Shown here in pieces: positions 34,767 through 44,214 of a stretch of DNA of 52,116 bases. The position numbers and the translations under genes are program-made. A model generated the notes under the pieces. The model had not been told where the DNA came from. It was given only the letters and a program-made list of their open reading frames with translations, and made no database searches. Origin of the DNA: a virus; IMG/VR virus record IMGVR_UViG_3300006141_000023. The stretch is one strand, 5' to 3'. Positions within the stretch are counted from its first letter, which is position 1. Every line of letters starts with the position of its first letter.

Positions 34767-34882
34767 AAGCAGAGGTGAGAGCCGATGTTCGCATTCGTAT
34801 TCGAGGGGGTGTTATTCGAGTTCGCATAGGCGAGACCTGCATTCGCACCGTTATTCGCGTTACCGCTGAACAGGACACCACG
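34767..34882 (-). repeat. DGR template repeat (TR)
   Basis: 116 bp. Ungapped match to VR1 (35372-35487) and, over its 3' 74 bp, to VR2. The coding sense is rich in AAC/AAT codons. Confidence 0.9.
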
Positions 34883-34908
34883 AGGAAGACCAACCTTTAT
34901 GTTATTTG

Positions 34909-35277
34909 TTATTCAAAATAAAACCTGTTGCCGTTTGAGCGAAGCGTAACCTTACGAGGAAATGCGTCGCGCTTCTGTATCTCTTTGAGGACATAAAGGA
35001 TTTCGGCAGACCCTGTGAAAAATTTCTGCGATTCAGATTCCGGGCTGTCCTTGCTCGGTCGGATTTGCACGAGTGTCTGTCCTGCCGTTCCTTTCTGCTT
35101 GCTGAAACGGGTGGGGATGTCTTCAAGGAATTTGAAAACCCAGAACGAAGTGTTCACAATCTTCGACTGCTTGATTTCGTCTCCGATGAGGCTTCGGCTG
35201 TTCTCGTCTCTTGGGATTCTGAGGAAGGCAAGGCTTCCGTCATCTACTCCCTGCTGTACGTTGTCTTCATTGTTCAT
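34909..35277 (-). CDS. DGR accessory-position ORF (122 aa), not obviously Avd-like
   Basis: It occupies the slot between the target gene and the TR where avd normally sits. The sequence does not look like a basic four-helix bundle. Confidence 0.45.
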   Translation of the reverse strand: MNNEDNVQQGVDDGSLAFLRIPRDENSRSLIGDEIKQSKIVNTSFWVFKFLEDIPTRFSKQKGTAGQTLVQIRPSKDSPESESQKFFTGSAEILYVLKEIQKRDAFPRKVTLRSNGNRFYFE

Positions 35278-35310
35278 GTCTGTAATGTTTTGAGGTTATT
35301 GGTTTGGTTA

Positions 35311-35347
35311 AGACCCTGCTCCCCATCGGGGGACGAGGAGCGAGGGT
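35311..35347 (-). other. imperfect GC-rich hairpin 12 nt after the stop of DGR target 1
   Basis: gaccctgctcc...ggagcgagggtc forms an outer stem with one bulge. Confidence 0.5.
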
Positions 35348-35358
35348 CGGGGGTCGTG

Positions 35359-36801
35359 TTAATCGGGTAAAAAGCAAAGGCGAGAGCCGACGGACGCAGT
35401 CGCATCCGAGGGGGCGGTATGCGAGCGCGCAAAGGCGAGACCCGCACGCGCACCGCCATACGCGCTACCGCCGAACAGGACACCACGGAGCGTCTCTGCT
35501 GTGGGTATGTTCGTGTAGTGATAATCGCAGAAGAACGTGGTGCTTCCACCGCCTGTGCAAAGGGTCGGCATGATGTCACCCTCCTCGCCGAAGATTATCT
35601 CCTTGACATATCCATCGGTTCGGGCTTCATTGCCTACGTGGTGGTATCCGTCGTATCCGTTGTCCTTAAACTTGGAGGGGTCGGAGCAGACGAATACCTT
35701 GCTCAGTTCGTCTCCGCCGTTGGCTGCTGTGGGAGAGATGCGGACGTTGATGCCGTCTGTCCACTGCCAAATATGACCGAAGGGGTTCTCTACGCCACGA
35801 TAGCGAGGAACGGAGACAGAGACGGTGGTGGCGTTGTATTCCGAGGGCATATCGAATGAAACAACGCCTGTGCCGTTGCCGATGCTGTCCGTATAACCGC
35901 AGGGAATAAAGGGATAGTAGCCGTTGAAGGTGTTCCACTTTCCTTCGTCGAGTGTTGTCACACCTGCACCGAGACCGCCCTGCTTATAGCCCTCGGTGGT
36001 CGGCTCTGCGTTAAATGCCGCCTGTGTATTGAGGTTGGCATATTCGACCACGAAGAGCCAATAGAGGGTCTTCTGTACATCGTAGGTCATGCAGTTCCAT
36101 TCGGTGGAGTTAGCCTTGCGGTTTCGGGCGTAGGTTCTGAAATTCGTGCGGCTGATGGAGGTCGCCGGGACACCGAGTTGTGTTTTTGCTGTGCCGTCGA
36201 GAGTAGCGTTGTTGTTGCCGCCACGGTAGTCTGCGGTGTTATTGGCTACGGATGCCAGCTTGTTGGTCGAGCGTTGTACGGTGGCTTCGTATGCCGAAAC
36301 GTAGCACTTGGGGACTTGATGGTATCCGGGCAGCGGAAATTCTGAAAGCATAACGCGCTGTTTGTTTCCGTCCGTGATAAAGCGGCGGTAGTGCAGAGGA
36401 ATTTCTACCATGACCTGTCCGTGCGAGCCGTCGCGGTGCTGTCCTGTCCAGTTTTTGGGGTCGAGGTATTCGACCACTTCGCCCTCATCATTGAGGAGGA
36501 CACCACGCATCCTGTTATGGATTGGGAGCGATTTGTGTAGGGCTACACTGCCGATGCGTGTGCAAACCGAGGAACTTACCGTCTTGTCTCGCTCGATGCC
36601 GTATGCGCACTGTTCCTCAAGATATGGGAGGAGGGTAGCGAGTGCTGCTTTTTTGCTCTCGCCGTCGGTGTCGAGAACCTCGACGTAGAGGTCATAGGGA
36701 TTTGTCCCTTTTACGTTTGGCAAGTCGGAGATCCGCTTGCCGTTCTGAAACGCTTCGATCAGTTGTTTGAGAAGCGATTCTTCTGCTGCTGTAAATGCCA
36801 T
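35359..36801 (-). CDS. DGR target protein 1: receptor-binding/tail fibre protein with C-terminal variable region (C-type-lectin-like expected)
   Basis: 480 aa. The C-terminus ...GVLFGGSAYGGARAGLAFARSHTAPSDATASVGSRLCFLPD is encoded by VR1. Confidence 0.8.
   Translation of the reverse strand: MAFTAAEESLLKQLIEAFQNGKRISDLPNVKGTNPYDLYVEVLDTDGESKKAALATLLPYLEEQCAYGIERDKTVSSSVCTRIGSVALHKSLPIHNRMRGVLLNDEGEVVEYLDPKNWTGQHRDGSHGQVMVEIPLHYRRFITDGNKQRVMLSEFPLPGYHQVPKCYVSAYEATVQRSTNKLASVANNTADYRGGNNNATLDGTAKTQLGVPATSISRTNFRTYARNRKANSTEWNCMTYDVQKTLYWLFVVEYANLNTQAAFNAEPTTEGYKQGGLGAGVTTLDEGKWNTFNGYYPFIPCGYTDSIGNGTGVVSFDMPSEYNATTVSVSVPRYRGVENPFGHIWQWTDGINVRISPTAANGGDELSKVFVCSDPSKFKDNGYDGYHHVGNEARTDGYVKEIIFGEEGDIMPTLCTGGGSTTFFCDYHYTNIPTAETLRGVLFGGSAYGGARAGLAFARSHTAPSDATASVGSRLCFLPD
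35372..35487 (-). repeat. DGR variable repeat VR1
   Basis: There are 22 mismatches to TR over 116 bp. Twenty-one fall at TR plus-strand T (coding-strand A). The one exception is at TR 34772, in the 3' invariant block. Confidence 0.9.
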
Positions 36802-36827
36802 GTTGAAATTGTTGAATTGTTAAAAAA

Positions 36828-37628
36828 TCAGTTCAGCCTTATTGCTCCGCTTGAAATCAGCCGGAGCTTCTTCCGGGTATTGACCATGCGAAGTGTCGGG
36901 GCTTCTACCCTTATGATTATTGTTTTTGCGAGGTCGGTGTTGCAAGTCGGTATAATCTGCACCTCGCTTGCTCCGATTCCAACCACCTTAATTCTTCCTT
37001 TTTGGTCGATTCTGACGGCTTCGTTATCGGAAATGAATATGATGTTCGGCATCGTTCCATTGGGCGTGAGAGTGGCTTCTATGCGGTTCTCTGCGGTGTT
37101 TCCGTAGGTTATCCGGCTTATGGACTCCACTTTAAGTCCTGTCGGAATAAGTCGGGCAAGTGCGGCGATTGTCTGTTCCGTGGCTAACTGCGCAGCGATA
37201 GTCGCTTCGTGTGCCTCTTCTGTCGCTTCTATTGCGGCGGTAGTCGCAGCGTCTGCATTGTTCTTGGCAGTGGTCGCTTGTCCGGCTGCGTCATTGGCGG
37301 CAGACGTTGCGGCATTTGCTTTCCCGGTAGCTGTGTTCGCATCGTAGGCTGCTTTGTTGGCTGCAGAGGTCGCTGTCCGGGCATTAGAAGCGGCGGTGGT
37401 TGCGCCCGATGTCGCTGTCTGCGCAGCGGTGGTAGCGGTTCGAGCCGCAGTGGTTGCCGCCTGTGCTTCTCGTGTCGCGGTTTCAGCGTTTTCTACTGCT
37501 GTGTTGGTCTTCTCCTCGACAAACTCAAGCGAGACCTTGACCGAGCGATTGTCTTTGTCTGTGCCGATTGTAAACAACCCTTTGAGGGACGAGTAAAGTG
37601 GTAGTTCTGTAATCTTTATTTTTTTCAT
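36828..37628 (-). CDS. Ig-like (BIG2-type) domain fibre/decoration protein with an Ala/Thr-rich helical region
   Basis: IFISDNEAVRIDQKGRIKVVGIGASEVQIIP is Big_2-like. It ends in RMVNTRKKLRLISSGAIRLN. The start is set at ATG 37628 (MKKIKITELP). Confidence 0.6.
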   Translation of the reverse strand: MKKIKITELPLYSSLKGLFTIGTDKDNRSVKVSLEFVEEKTNTAVENAETATREAQAATTAARTATTAAQTATSGATTAASNARTATSAANKAAYDANTATGKANAATSAANDAAGQATTAKNNADAATTAAIEATEEAHEATIAAQLATEQTIAALARLIPTGLKVESISRITYGNTAENRIEATLTPNGTMPNIIFISDNEAVRIDQKGRIKVVGIGASEVQIIPTCNTDLAKTIIIRVEAPTLRMVNTRKKLRLISSGAIRLN

Positions 37629-37642
37629 CTTGAGGAATGATA

Positions 37643-38653
37643 TTAGTTGTTGAACCTTAATGTGCCGCTCCCGGTCAGCCTTAATGATGCCCGGTTGTTC
37701 ACGAAGCGCATCGACGGATATTTGAAGTAATCCGGCAGCATCTCGATAGCGTTCTCTCCGTCCTGCGTGAAGATGATGATGCCGTCCTCGGAAGCGAGAA
37801 CATAATCGTCGCCGTTGAGCCGGAAAGAGTGCGTGAATGTGAGGGTCAGCGTGAACCGCAGCCATATCTTGTCTTCCGGGTAAAATTCCGAAACGCTTGC
37901 GCTCTTGTAGTGACATGGGAACTCCTGCTCCAATGAGGAAACCTCCAGCAGTCGCTCGTCGGGTCGCGTGAGGTCAAAAAGCAGAGCGTCGTAGTTGCGC
38001 CACAATTCATCGAGTGTCTCGGCTCGCATCAGGCAGTTCAGCTTAACGTCCTTGCTCTTGAATGTCACTGCTGCGTCATCGTATATTGCCCCGGACTGGG
38101 TTGCGATGTTGCGCAGGAGGTTCTCCTTGACGGCTGCTGTCTTCATTACTTCCGACAGACTTCCCTGCAATATCCGGCATCCGTAGTCCGTGAACGGCAA
38201 TCCGTCGATGAGGTAGTCTTCCGCTCTCATGACGCTGCTTCTCGGTGCTTTGTAGCTGTATCCTTTGAGGGGGAAGTCGTTGCTGAATTTGAGAGTGGCG
38301 AAGCCGAGGGTCTGTGCGTGGTCGAGGTTCGGCATCTGTGTCAGCCGAAGCGTGTACCGTCTTCCGATGTGGGCGCAGTTGAATTCGTGGTATGCCCTGT
38401 CCGAAAGCATCGTTACAAATTCGATGAACCGACTGAACAGACCGCCGTATGCGATGTTGATGGAGACTTCTTTCGTATTGAGTTTCGGGTCGGAGAGGTC
38501 GGCTTCGATGCCATCCTCCTCTTGCCAATCATTGTATTCGACGGTCTTAAGCGGAGGGTATGCGATTAGCTCGTTCCACCCTCCGCTCACGACATAGACA
38601 CCCCACTGCTTGTATGCGTCGTGTCCGTCGATGTATAGTCTCCCGGTCATCAT
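37643..38653 (-). CDS. distal tail (Dit-like) protein, called by position
   Basis: 336 aa, the second gene after the tape measure. It ends in RFVNNRASLRLTGSGTLRFNN. Confidence 0.45.
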   Translation of the reverse strand: MMTGRLYIDGHDAYKQWGVYVVSGGWNELIAYPPLKTVEYNDWQEEDGIEADLSDPKLNTKEVSINIAYGGLFSRFIEFVTMLSDRAYHEFNCAHIGRRYTLRLTQMPNLDHAQTLGFATLKFSNDFPLKGYSYKAPRSSVMRAEDYLIDGLPFTDYGCRILQGSLSEVMKTAAVKENLLRNIATQSGAIYDDAAVTFKSKDVKLNCLMRAETLDELWRNYDALLFDLTRPDERLLEVSSLEQEFPCHYKSASVSEFYPEDKIWLRFTLTLTFTHSFRLNGDDYVLASEDGIIIFTQDGENAIEMLPDYFKYPSMRFVNNRASLRLTGSGTLRFNN

Positions 38654-39141
38654 AAAATTATCGCATTGTCAGATGTTCTGCGGATTATATTGGTTGAGAC
38701 TCCGGCTTCGGTTCTGACAACCGCCCAGCCGGAAGCGAGGACGGTTGCCGATGCTCCGTGCATGGTTATGACGGTATGATTCTCGCAAGTGTCGCATTTG
38801 ATTGTTGCCGTTGTCTTGCCGATGAGAACTGCTGTCTTCGGATTCTTGAGTGTTATGTTCCCTGCGTCAATGTAGAAGCTATATTGCTCCGGGTTGAAAC
38901 GCTTGAACAGACGGAATGTCGCAAGGTTTGGAAAATTCGCCGCGAGGCAAAATTCCACACCCTGCGGAGACGTGAACAGCCGGGCAATCCCGGCGATGTC
39001 CTCCGTTCCTTTGAAAAGGTTGCAAGCGGCGAGTTTCTCTGCCACAACACTCATGTGGCTTGCTTCGCACCGCTGTCTGCGTTGTTCTTTGGCTATAAGC
39101 CATTGGCGGTGTATCCGCTCTATGATGTCTTTTGCTTCCAT
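38650..39141 (-). CDS. tail-associated hypothetical protein (163 aa)
   Basis: Immediately downstream of the tape measure gene, with an ATGA-type overlap to the next gene. Confidence 0.5.
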   Translation of the reverse strand: MEAKDIIERIHRQWLIAKEQRRQRCEASHMSVVAEKLAACNLFKGTEDIAGIARLFTSPQGVEFCLAANFPNLATFRLFKRFNPEQYSFYIDAGNITLKNPKTAVLIGKTTATIKCDTCENHTVITMHGASATVLASGWAVVRTEAGVSTNIIRRTSDNAIIL

Positions 39142-39144
39142 AGG

Positions 39145-42100
39145 CTATGGCTTTAATTTAATTCCTTTGGTGGCTATATCGTCGAGGGTGTCTGTCATCT
39201 CTTGGATATTATTCTCCATGCGTTGAAGGCGTGCGCCGAACCCCTCGGTCTCCGTCTCGATGTTCATCACGCTTCGCAGGATTGCCTGTGTAATGGCGAG
39301 AATTGCTTTCGTGTTCTCGCTGATAGAGAAAGTATGCCCCTGCACCGCTGTCATGCGACCGTTGAGTTCGTCGATGCTGTCTTGGTCGGCTGTGGCGATT
39401 CCTTTCTGTGAGGCTTCTCGTTCCGCGTCGCTCGTGACCGTGAACATATTCTTGACGCTGTCCGGGAGATTCTCCCAAATGGCGGCGAAGTCTGCGCCCA
39501 CTGCGTTGAGGTCATTGGCGAAGCCCTGCATGGAGTTGATGACGCTGTCGAGCCCTTGAAATTGTCCGTCTTTGAACCACTTGGCTTTATACTTGTTGAA
39601 GATGTCTCCGAGAGGTTCTTCCAAGAACTTGCTTATAAGCATACGTTTCAGAACATCAGCGACAATCTCGTTAACCTTTTCGCCCCATGCTTCGGCAGCG
39701 TCCTCTCCGGCTTGGAAGGCTTCAAAGAAGGCATCTGCAAGTTCTTCAGCGATTCCTGTTGAGGTGTCTCCGATGATGTCCTCGACCATATCGTTAATCA
39801 GCTCGATAGACTGCTGTCCGAGTTCCTCGATTTTATTCTTCCATTCTTGGATTTGTCCGCTGTCGGAGTCTTTCTTCGAGGCTTCCGCGTTGATTTGCTC
39901 CTGTAGAAGTATCTGCTGCTGCGCGAGGTTCTTGAGCTGCTCGTTGGCTTGCTGATACTTCGCTCCACCGAGAGCCTTGTCTGCGGTGTAGGACATCGAA
40001 CCATAAGCCTGTGCGAGTTTCTCTGCGGTCTTCTGCATCAGAACTTGGCTGTCGGAGGCTTTCATGAAATAAATCCACCATTTCTGCCAGCCTGCTGCTC
40101 CGGCTGCAAGTTCTACCTTTGTCTGCCACAGCGTCTTGTTAAGTCTATCTATGGCAGTGCCATATTGCTGCTGAACCCTGCCTATTTCTTGATGGTCGAG
40201 TTCCCACTGGAGTTGGTCGATGCGTTCTTGGAGGTGTTCTATCTCCTTTTGCTTCTCCTCATCATCGTTAAAGAGACTTGCTATCTGCATCGCAATCTGT
40301 AAGGCTGCGCTTATAATCGTGAGGATTACCGAGGCTTTCTCCATCGTTGAAATGGCGGACGCTCCGGCTACAGCGGTAGCTTGCATCGAGGTTGAGCTCA
40401 TCTGCACAAGTTGAACGATGCCATTAATCATCGTGAGCGTGGAGGAGGCGAATTGTCCGCACTCGGATATTATTTCGCCGACCGTGCCACCGATGGTATC
40501 GCCCATGCTCTCGAATTCTTTCTCTACCTCGTTCAGAGTCTTGTATAGGTCTTCCCACTCCTTTATGGTGCGCTTTCCGGGATTGGTCTGATTCTTGGCG
40601 TTAGCCTTGTTTACAGCCGTCTGTGCAGTAGCGACCTTTGCTCGTGCCTGTGCGAGTTGCTGTGGGTCGGCTGTTCCGCTCTTTTCGAGTTCGTCGAGGT
40701 TCTTCTTTGCCTGTTCAAGAACTGCGTTGAGCTGCTTGAGGGAGAGGTTTGCGATTTCCTCGCACCATGCTTGGTATGTCTCCTCTCGTGAAGCAAACTG
40801 CTCGTCAACTGCTTTGAGGGCTTCTGTCTCCTGTCGGTCGAGTTCATCGAGGTTGCCTTGCGTCACACCTTTCCGCATGACCTTGTTGCCGTCTGCATCG
40901 GTCTTGAATGTGCCGTCTTCGTTTTTCTCGTAGAGGGCATCGCGCTTCCGGGTATATTCTTCGGTTATCTTGAGACGCTGTTGCTCGTAGGTCAGCACGT
41001 CTCCGAGCATCTTGTCAAGTGCTTCCTTTTCTCCCTGCGCCCGGATTTCCGTAGCAATCCGGGAGTAGGCTTTGAGTTGGTCGAGCATACCCTGCAAGCG
41101 GTCTGCTTCTGCATTTTTGCCTTGCTCCCGAAGGGCAGCGACGTTGGCTTCTGACAAATAATCATCAGAAACCGACGAGCGATCGAATGTCAGACCGTTC
41201 TTTTTGGCGGTGGGATTTGCGTTCTCCCATTCGAGTTCTTTGAGGTCGCGGATTCCCTCAAGCATTTCTGCGCGTCTCTGCTGATTAGCAAACACGAGGC
41301 GGTCGTAGTTAAGCTCGACCTGCTTGAGTTCTTTTTCCACTCCGTCCTTGAGCAAATCTATTTCGTTCTGTCGTATGTCGAATTCCGCTTCTCTTTGAGC
41401 CTTGATGACCGATTCGGCGTATTCCTTGATTTTCTGATTACGCTCTGCCGTCTGAACTGCGATTTGGTTGTCTTCTCGCTCCTGTTTTGCAGCCGCTGTT
41501 TCTCCACGTTTTGCGCTCCCGGTTACGTTGTAACCTTGCACCTTTTGGTCGGCACGAAGAATTTCAGCAGCAAGCGCACGACCTTTTTTGCTTGTGCGCT
41601 CTGCTTCTGTCATGGCATCATATTCAGCCTGCTTCGCTTTCTTGTAATCCTCCCAATCTTTTTTGTTGTACTGGGCTTCGGTCTTGGCTGCGGCGGCAGG
41701 AGCGGTTTTCTTCTCCGGGGCTTTACCGTACATGGCTTCGGCTTGGGCGAGTGCATCGTCATACACTTTGCGAGCCTTGCCAATTTTGCTATAAATTTCG
41801 GTTATTTCGTTTGTTGTGTATGTGAGTGTCTGTGCCCCTATGTTGGTCATGGGGTCTCCGGGAAGATATTTCTCATGTTTGACATCCCAGCCTTTTAGCC
41901 AATCAGCATTAAGCGTAGCAATCGTGCCGCCATTCTGAATGTGTCGTTTGAGTTGGTCGAAATAGTCAAGGTACAGGAGCTGTCCACTCTTGTTTTTCTT
42001 GTTGCCATATCGTTTTTTGAGGGCTTCCTGCAATTTCTTCATCTGCTCACCCTCTGCCTGTCCGTATGCGTCGGCTTCTCCCTTGACAGCGGCTTCCATT

Positions 42101-44211
42101 GCCCTTGCACGGGCTGCTTCAAGTGCCGCCTGTTTAACGGCTTTGTATGCAGCTTCAACATCTTTGAGGGTGGCAATTTCGTTGTTCAACCCTTGCAGAT
42201 AGCTTCCGTACTGACTGAGGATTGCATCTTTGGCATCCTTGTATTCCTGCGTTCCCTCTTTGGCATTTTTAAGGCGAGTGAAGAGGGTGTCAATCTGTAT
42301 CTGCTCCGATGCGCAGGTCGCATTAAAATCCTCATTGACCTTGTTGAGGCGCTCCTGTGCTCTCTGTGCATCGGTCTGATAAGTGATGAGCTTGTATATC
42401 CCATAACCTAATGCCACAACCGCTGCTGCCGCAATCGCCCACGGGTTTGCCATGATGACGGCATTGAGCTTGGCGGCTACGGCTGTCAGTTTGGTCTTTG
42501 CGGCTGACAGAAACCCGGTTGCGGTCGCGTTGGCTGTCTCTGCTGCGGTATCGAGAGCCGTTTCGATTGTTCCGGCTTTTCTGACGGCAGTATTCACATC
42601 CGCCGCTTTGCTCTGAACCTCTCGTGCGGCTGTGTTACGGACTTTGGAAGCTGTGTTGAGTTCTTCCTGTGCTGTCTCCAGCGCGGCTTCTGCGGTCGCT
42701 ATTTTCTTCGAGGTCGTAGCATCAACTTGTGCCGCCATCTCCTTTCGGAGTGCGACGATGTTGCGGCTATGCTGAACTTCTTCGGCTCGCGCAGTCGCAA
42801 TTTTTTCGCTGATTGTGGCTATCTCCCGGTTCTTGGCTGCTATGACCTCCTGCGAGGCTCCGGCTTCCTTGAGAGCCCTTGCCTGTGCTATGGCAGCGTT
42901 CTTCTGTTCCTCCAACTTGACCGCAAGGAGGGCAGCTCGGCTCTGCGCTTCGCTCTCCGCTGCTATCTTCTTGATTGTTGAAGACTGTTGGTCTGCGGCT
43001 GCGGAAGCGTAGGCTGCTTCCACCTCTGCTTGTCGTGAAGCCACCTTTTCCGCAGCCGCGACCTTTGCCGATTCTGCTGTTGCGAGACGCTCTCGTGCGG
43101 CGGTCAGCTCTACTTGTGTCGTTTGGGCGAGCTGTATCTGCCGCTCCATCTCGGTCTTCATTTCAGCAATCACGGCAGCACGATAGGCTTCCGAGGTCTC
43201 TGCAAGACCGAGTTTTGAGATTTTGGCTTTCTGCTCTGCTGTCATGACAGCGTAGATTTGAGCCGCTTCTTCTGTATGCTTTATCGCTGTTACGCTGCGG
43301 CGCACGGCTTCTGTTGCGATGAGTGCCGCTTTGTATGCTCCGTATGTCCCGACAATAACTGCGAGGATTTCTGCGATTTCCTTATAGTGCTTGACTATGG
43401 TTGTAGCACCACCGATGACCTCGACGGTCGCTCCCTGTGCGGCTGTACCGAGGTCATTGTACATATCATCGATTGCGCCCTGTAAATTGGAGATTGCGCC
43501 CTGCGTTCCTTTGCTCTGTTTCTCAAGCATCCCGTAGAACTTGCCCCCGGCAGAGGTTGCTGAAATAAAGGCTTCCGTTACCATCTCGGTCGTGATTTTG
43601 CCTTTCTCCATTTCCTCTTTGAGTTCGCCTATCGACTTTCCTGTCTTCTCGCTGATGACCGACAAGGGGTTGAACCCTGCGTTAATCATCTGCAAAAGGT
43701 CTTGACCCATCAGTTTTCCTGTCGCGCTCATCTGCGAAAAGGCAAGAGTGAGGGAATTGAATTTCTGCGCGTCGCCCATCGAAATATCTCCAATCGCCCG
43801 GAGCATCGGCATGACCTTTTCGGCTTCAATATTAAAAGCGAGCATGGTCTGTGCGCCCGAAGCGAGGTCTTTCAGCATCATGGGCGTGTTCACGGCAAAT
43901 TCCCTGATGTCTTTGAACATCGCAGAACCCTTGATGTCGCTTCCGAGGAGAGTGTTGAACGAGATTTCAAAACTTTCAATCTCTCCACGGAGTTGTATAA
44001 TGTTGGAGGTAAATTCTTTAATTTGCCCCACAGCAAAAACACCTCCTGCGGCTTTTGCTATTCTGCCGAAGGTGGCATCCATCTTATTGCCCTCCTGTAC
44101 TGCGGTCTGCCCGATACTTGCGAGTATGTTCCGGGATTCTGCCGCGTCGCTGCGGAGCTGTGAATTGTCTATGCCTGTGGCGTAGAATAGTCTGCCGTTA
44201 TCAGTGTTCAT
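39145..44211 (-). CDS. tail tape measure protein
   Basis: 1688 aa and highly helical. It contains a conserved core, GQDLLQMINAGFNPLSVISEKTGKSIGELKEEMEKGKIT, and follows the frameshifted chaperone pair. Confidence 0.9.
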   Translation of the reverse strand: MNTDNGRLFYATGIDNSQLRSDAAESRNILASIGQTAVQEGNKMDATFGRIAKAAGGVFAVGQIKEFTSNIIQLRGEIESFEISFNTLLGSDIKGSAMFKDIREFAVNTPMMLKDLASGAQTMLAFNIEAEKVMPMLRAIGDISMGDAQKFNSLTLAFSQMSATGKLMGQDLLQMINAGFNPLSVISEKTGKSIGELKEEMEKGKITTEMVTEAFISATSAGGKFYGMLEKQSKGTQGAISNLQGAIDDMYNDLGTAAQGATVEVIGGATTIVKHYKEIAEILAVIVGTYGAYKAALIATEAVRRSVTAIKHTEEAAQIYAVMTAEQKAKISKLGLAETSEAYRAAVIAEMKTEMERQIQLAQTTQVELTAARERLATAESAKVAAAEKVASRQAEVEAAYASAAADQQSSTIKKIAAESEAQSRAALLAVKLEEQKNAAIAQARALKEAGASQEVIAAKNREIATISEKIATARAEEVQHSRNIVALRKEMAAQVDATTSKKIATAEAALETAQEELNTASKVRNTAAREVQSKAADVNTAVRKAGTIETALDTAAETANATATGFLSAAKTKLTAVAAKLNAVIMANPWAIAAAAVVALGYGIYKLITYQTDAQRAQERLNKVNEDFNATCASEQIQIDTLFTRLKNAKEGTQEYKDAKDAILSQYGSYLQGLNNEIATLKDVEAAYKAVKQAALEAARARAMEAAVKGEADAYGQAEGEQMKKLQEALKKRYGNKKNKSGQLLYLDYFDQLKRHIQNGGTIATLNADWLKGWDVKHEKYLPGDPMTNIGAQTLTYTTNEITEIYSKIGKARKVYDDALAQAEAMYGKAPEKKTAPAAAAKTEAQYNKKDWEDYKKAKQAEYDAMTEAERTSKKGRALAAEILRADQKVQGYNVTGSAKRGETAAAKQEREDNQIAVQTAERNQKIKEYAESVIKAQREAEFDIRQNEIDLLKDGVEKELKQVELNYDRLVFANQQRRAEMLEGIRDLKELEWENANPTAKKNGLTFDRSSVSDDYLSEANVAALREQGKNAEADRLQGMLDQLKAYSRIATEIRAQGEKEALDKMLGDVLTYEQQRLKITEEYTRKRDALYEKNEDGTFKTDADGNKVMRKGVTQGNLDELDRQETEALKAVDEQFASREETYQAWCEEIANLSLKQLNAVLEQAKKNLDELEKSGTADPQQLAQARAKVATAQTAVNKANAKNQTNPGKRTIKEWEDLYKTLNEVEKEFESMGDTIGGTVGEIISECGQFASSTLTMINGIVQLVQMSSTSMQATAVAGASAISTMEKASVILTIISAALQIAMQIASLFNDDEEKQKEIEHLQERIDQLQWELDHQEIGRVQQQYGTAIDRLNKTLWQTKVELAAGAAGWQKWWIYFMKASDSQVLMQKTAEKLAQAYGSMSYTADKALGGAKYQQANEQLKNLAQQQILLQEQINAEASKKDSDSGQIQEWKNKIEELGQQSIELINDMVEDIIGDTSTGIAEELADAFFEAFQAGEDAAEAWGEKVNEIVADVLKRMLISKFLEEPLGDIFNKYKAKWFKDGQFQGLDSVINSMQGFANDLNAVGADFAAIWENLPDSVKNMFTVTSDAEREASQKGIATADQDSIDELNGRMTAVQGHTFSISENTKAILAITQAILRSVMNIETETEGFGARLQRMENNIQEMTDTLDDIATKGIKLKP

Positions 44212-44214
44212 TGT

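Noticed and set aside
37150-37480. Ala/Thr-rich repetitive coding region as a possible additional VR or tandem repeat
   Set aside because: It has no nucleotide similarity to the TR and no exact tandem unit. It is low-complexity coding for a helical A/T/N-rich segment.
37629-37916. 96-codon N-terminal extension of the Ig-like protein ORF (36828..37916)
   Set aside because: It is Arg/His-rich nonsense that overlaps the 3' end of the Dit-like gene. ATG 37628 (MKKIKITELP) sits 14 nt after that gene's stop.
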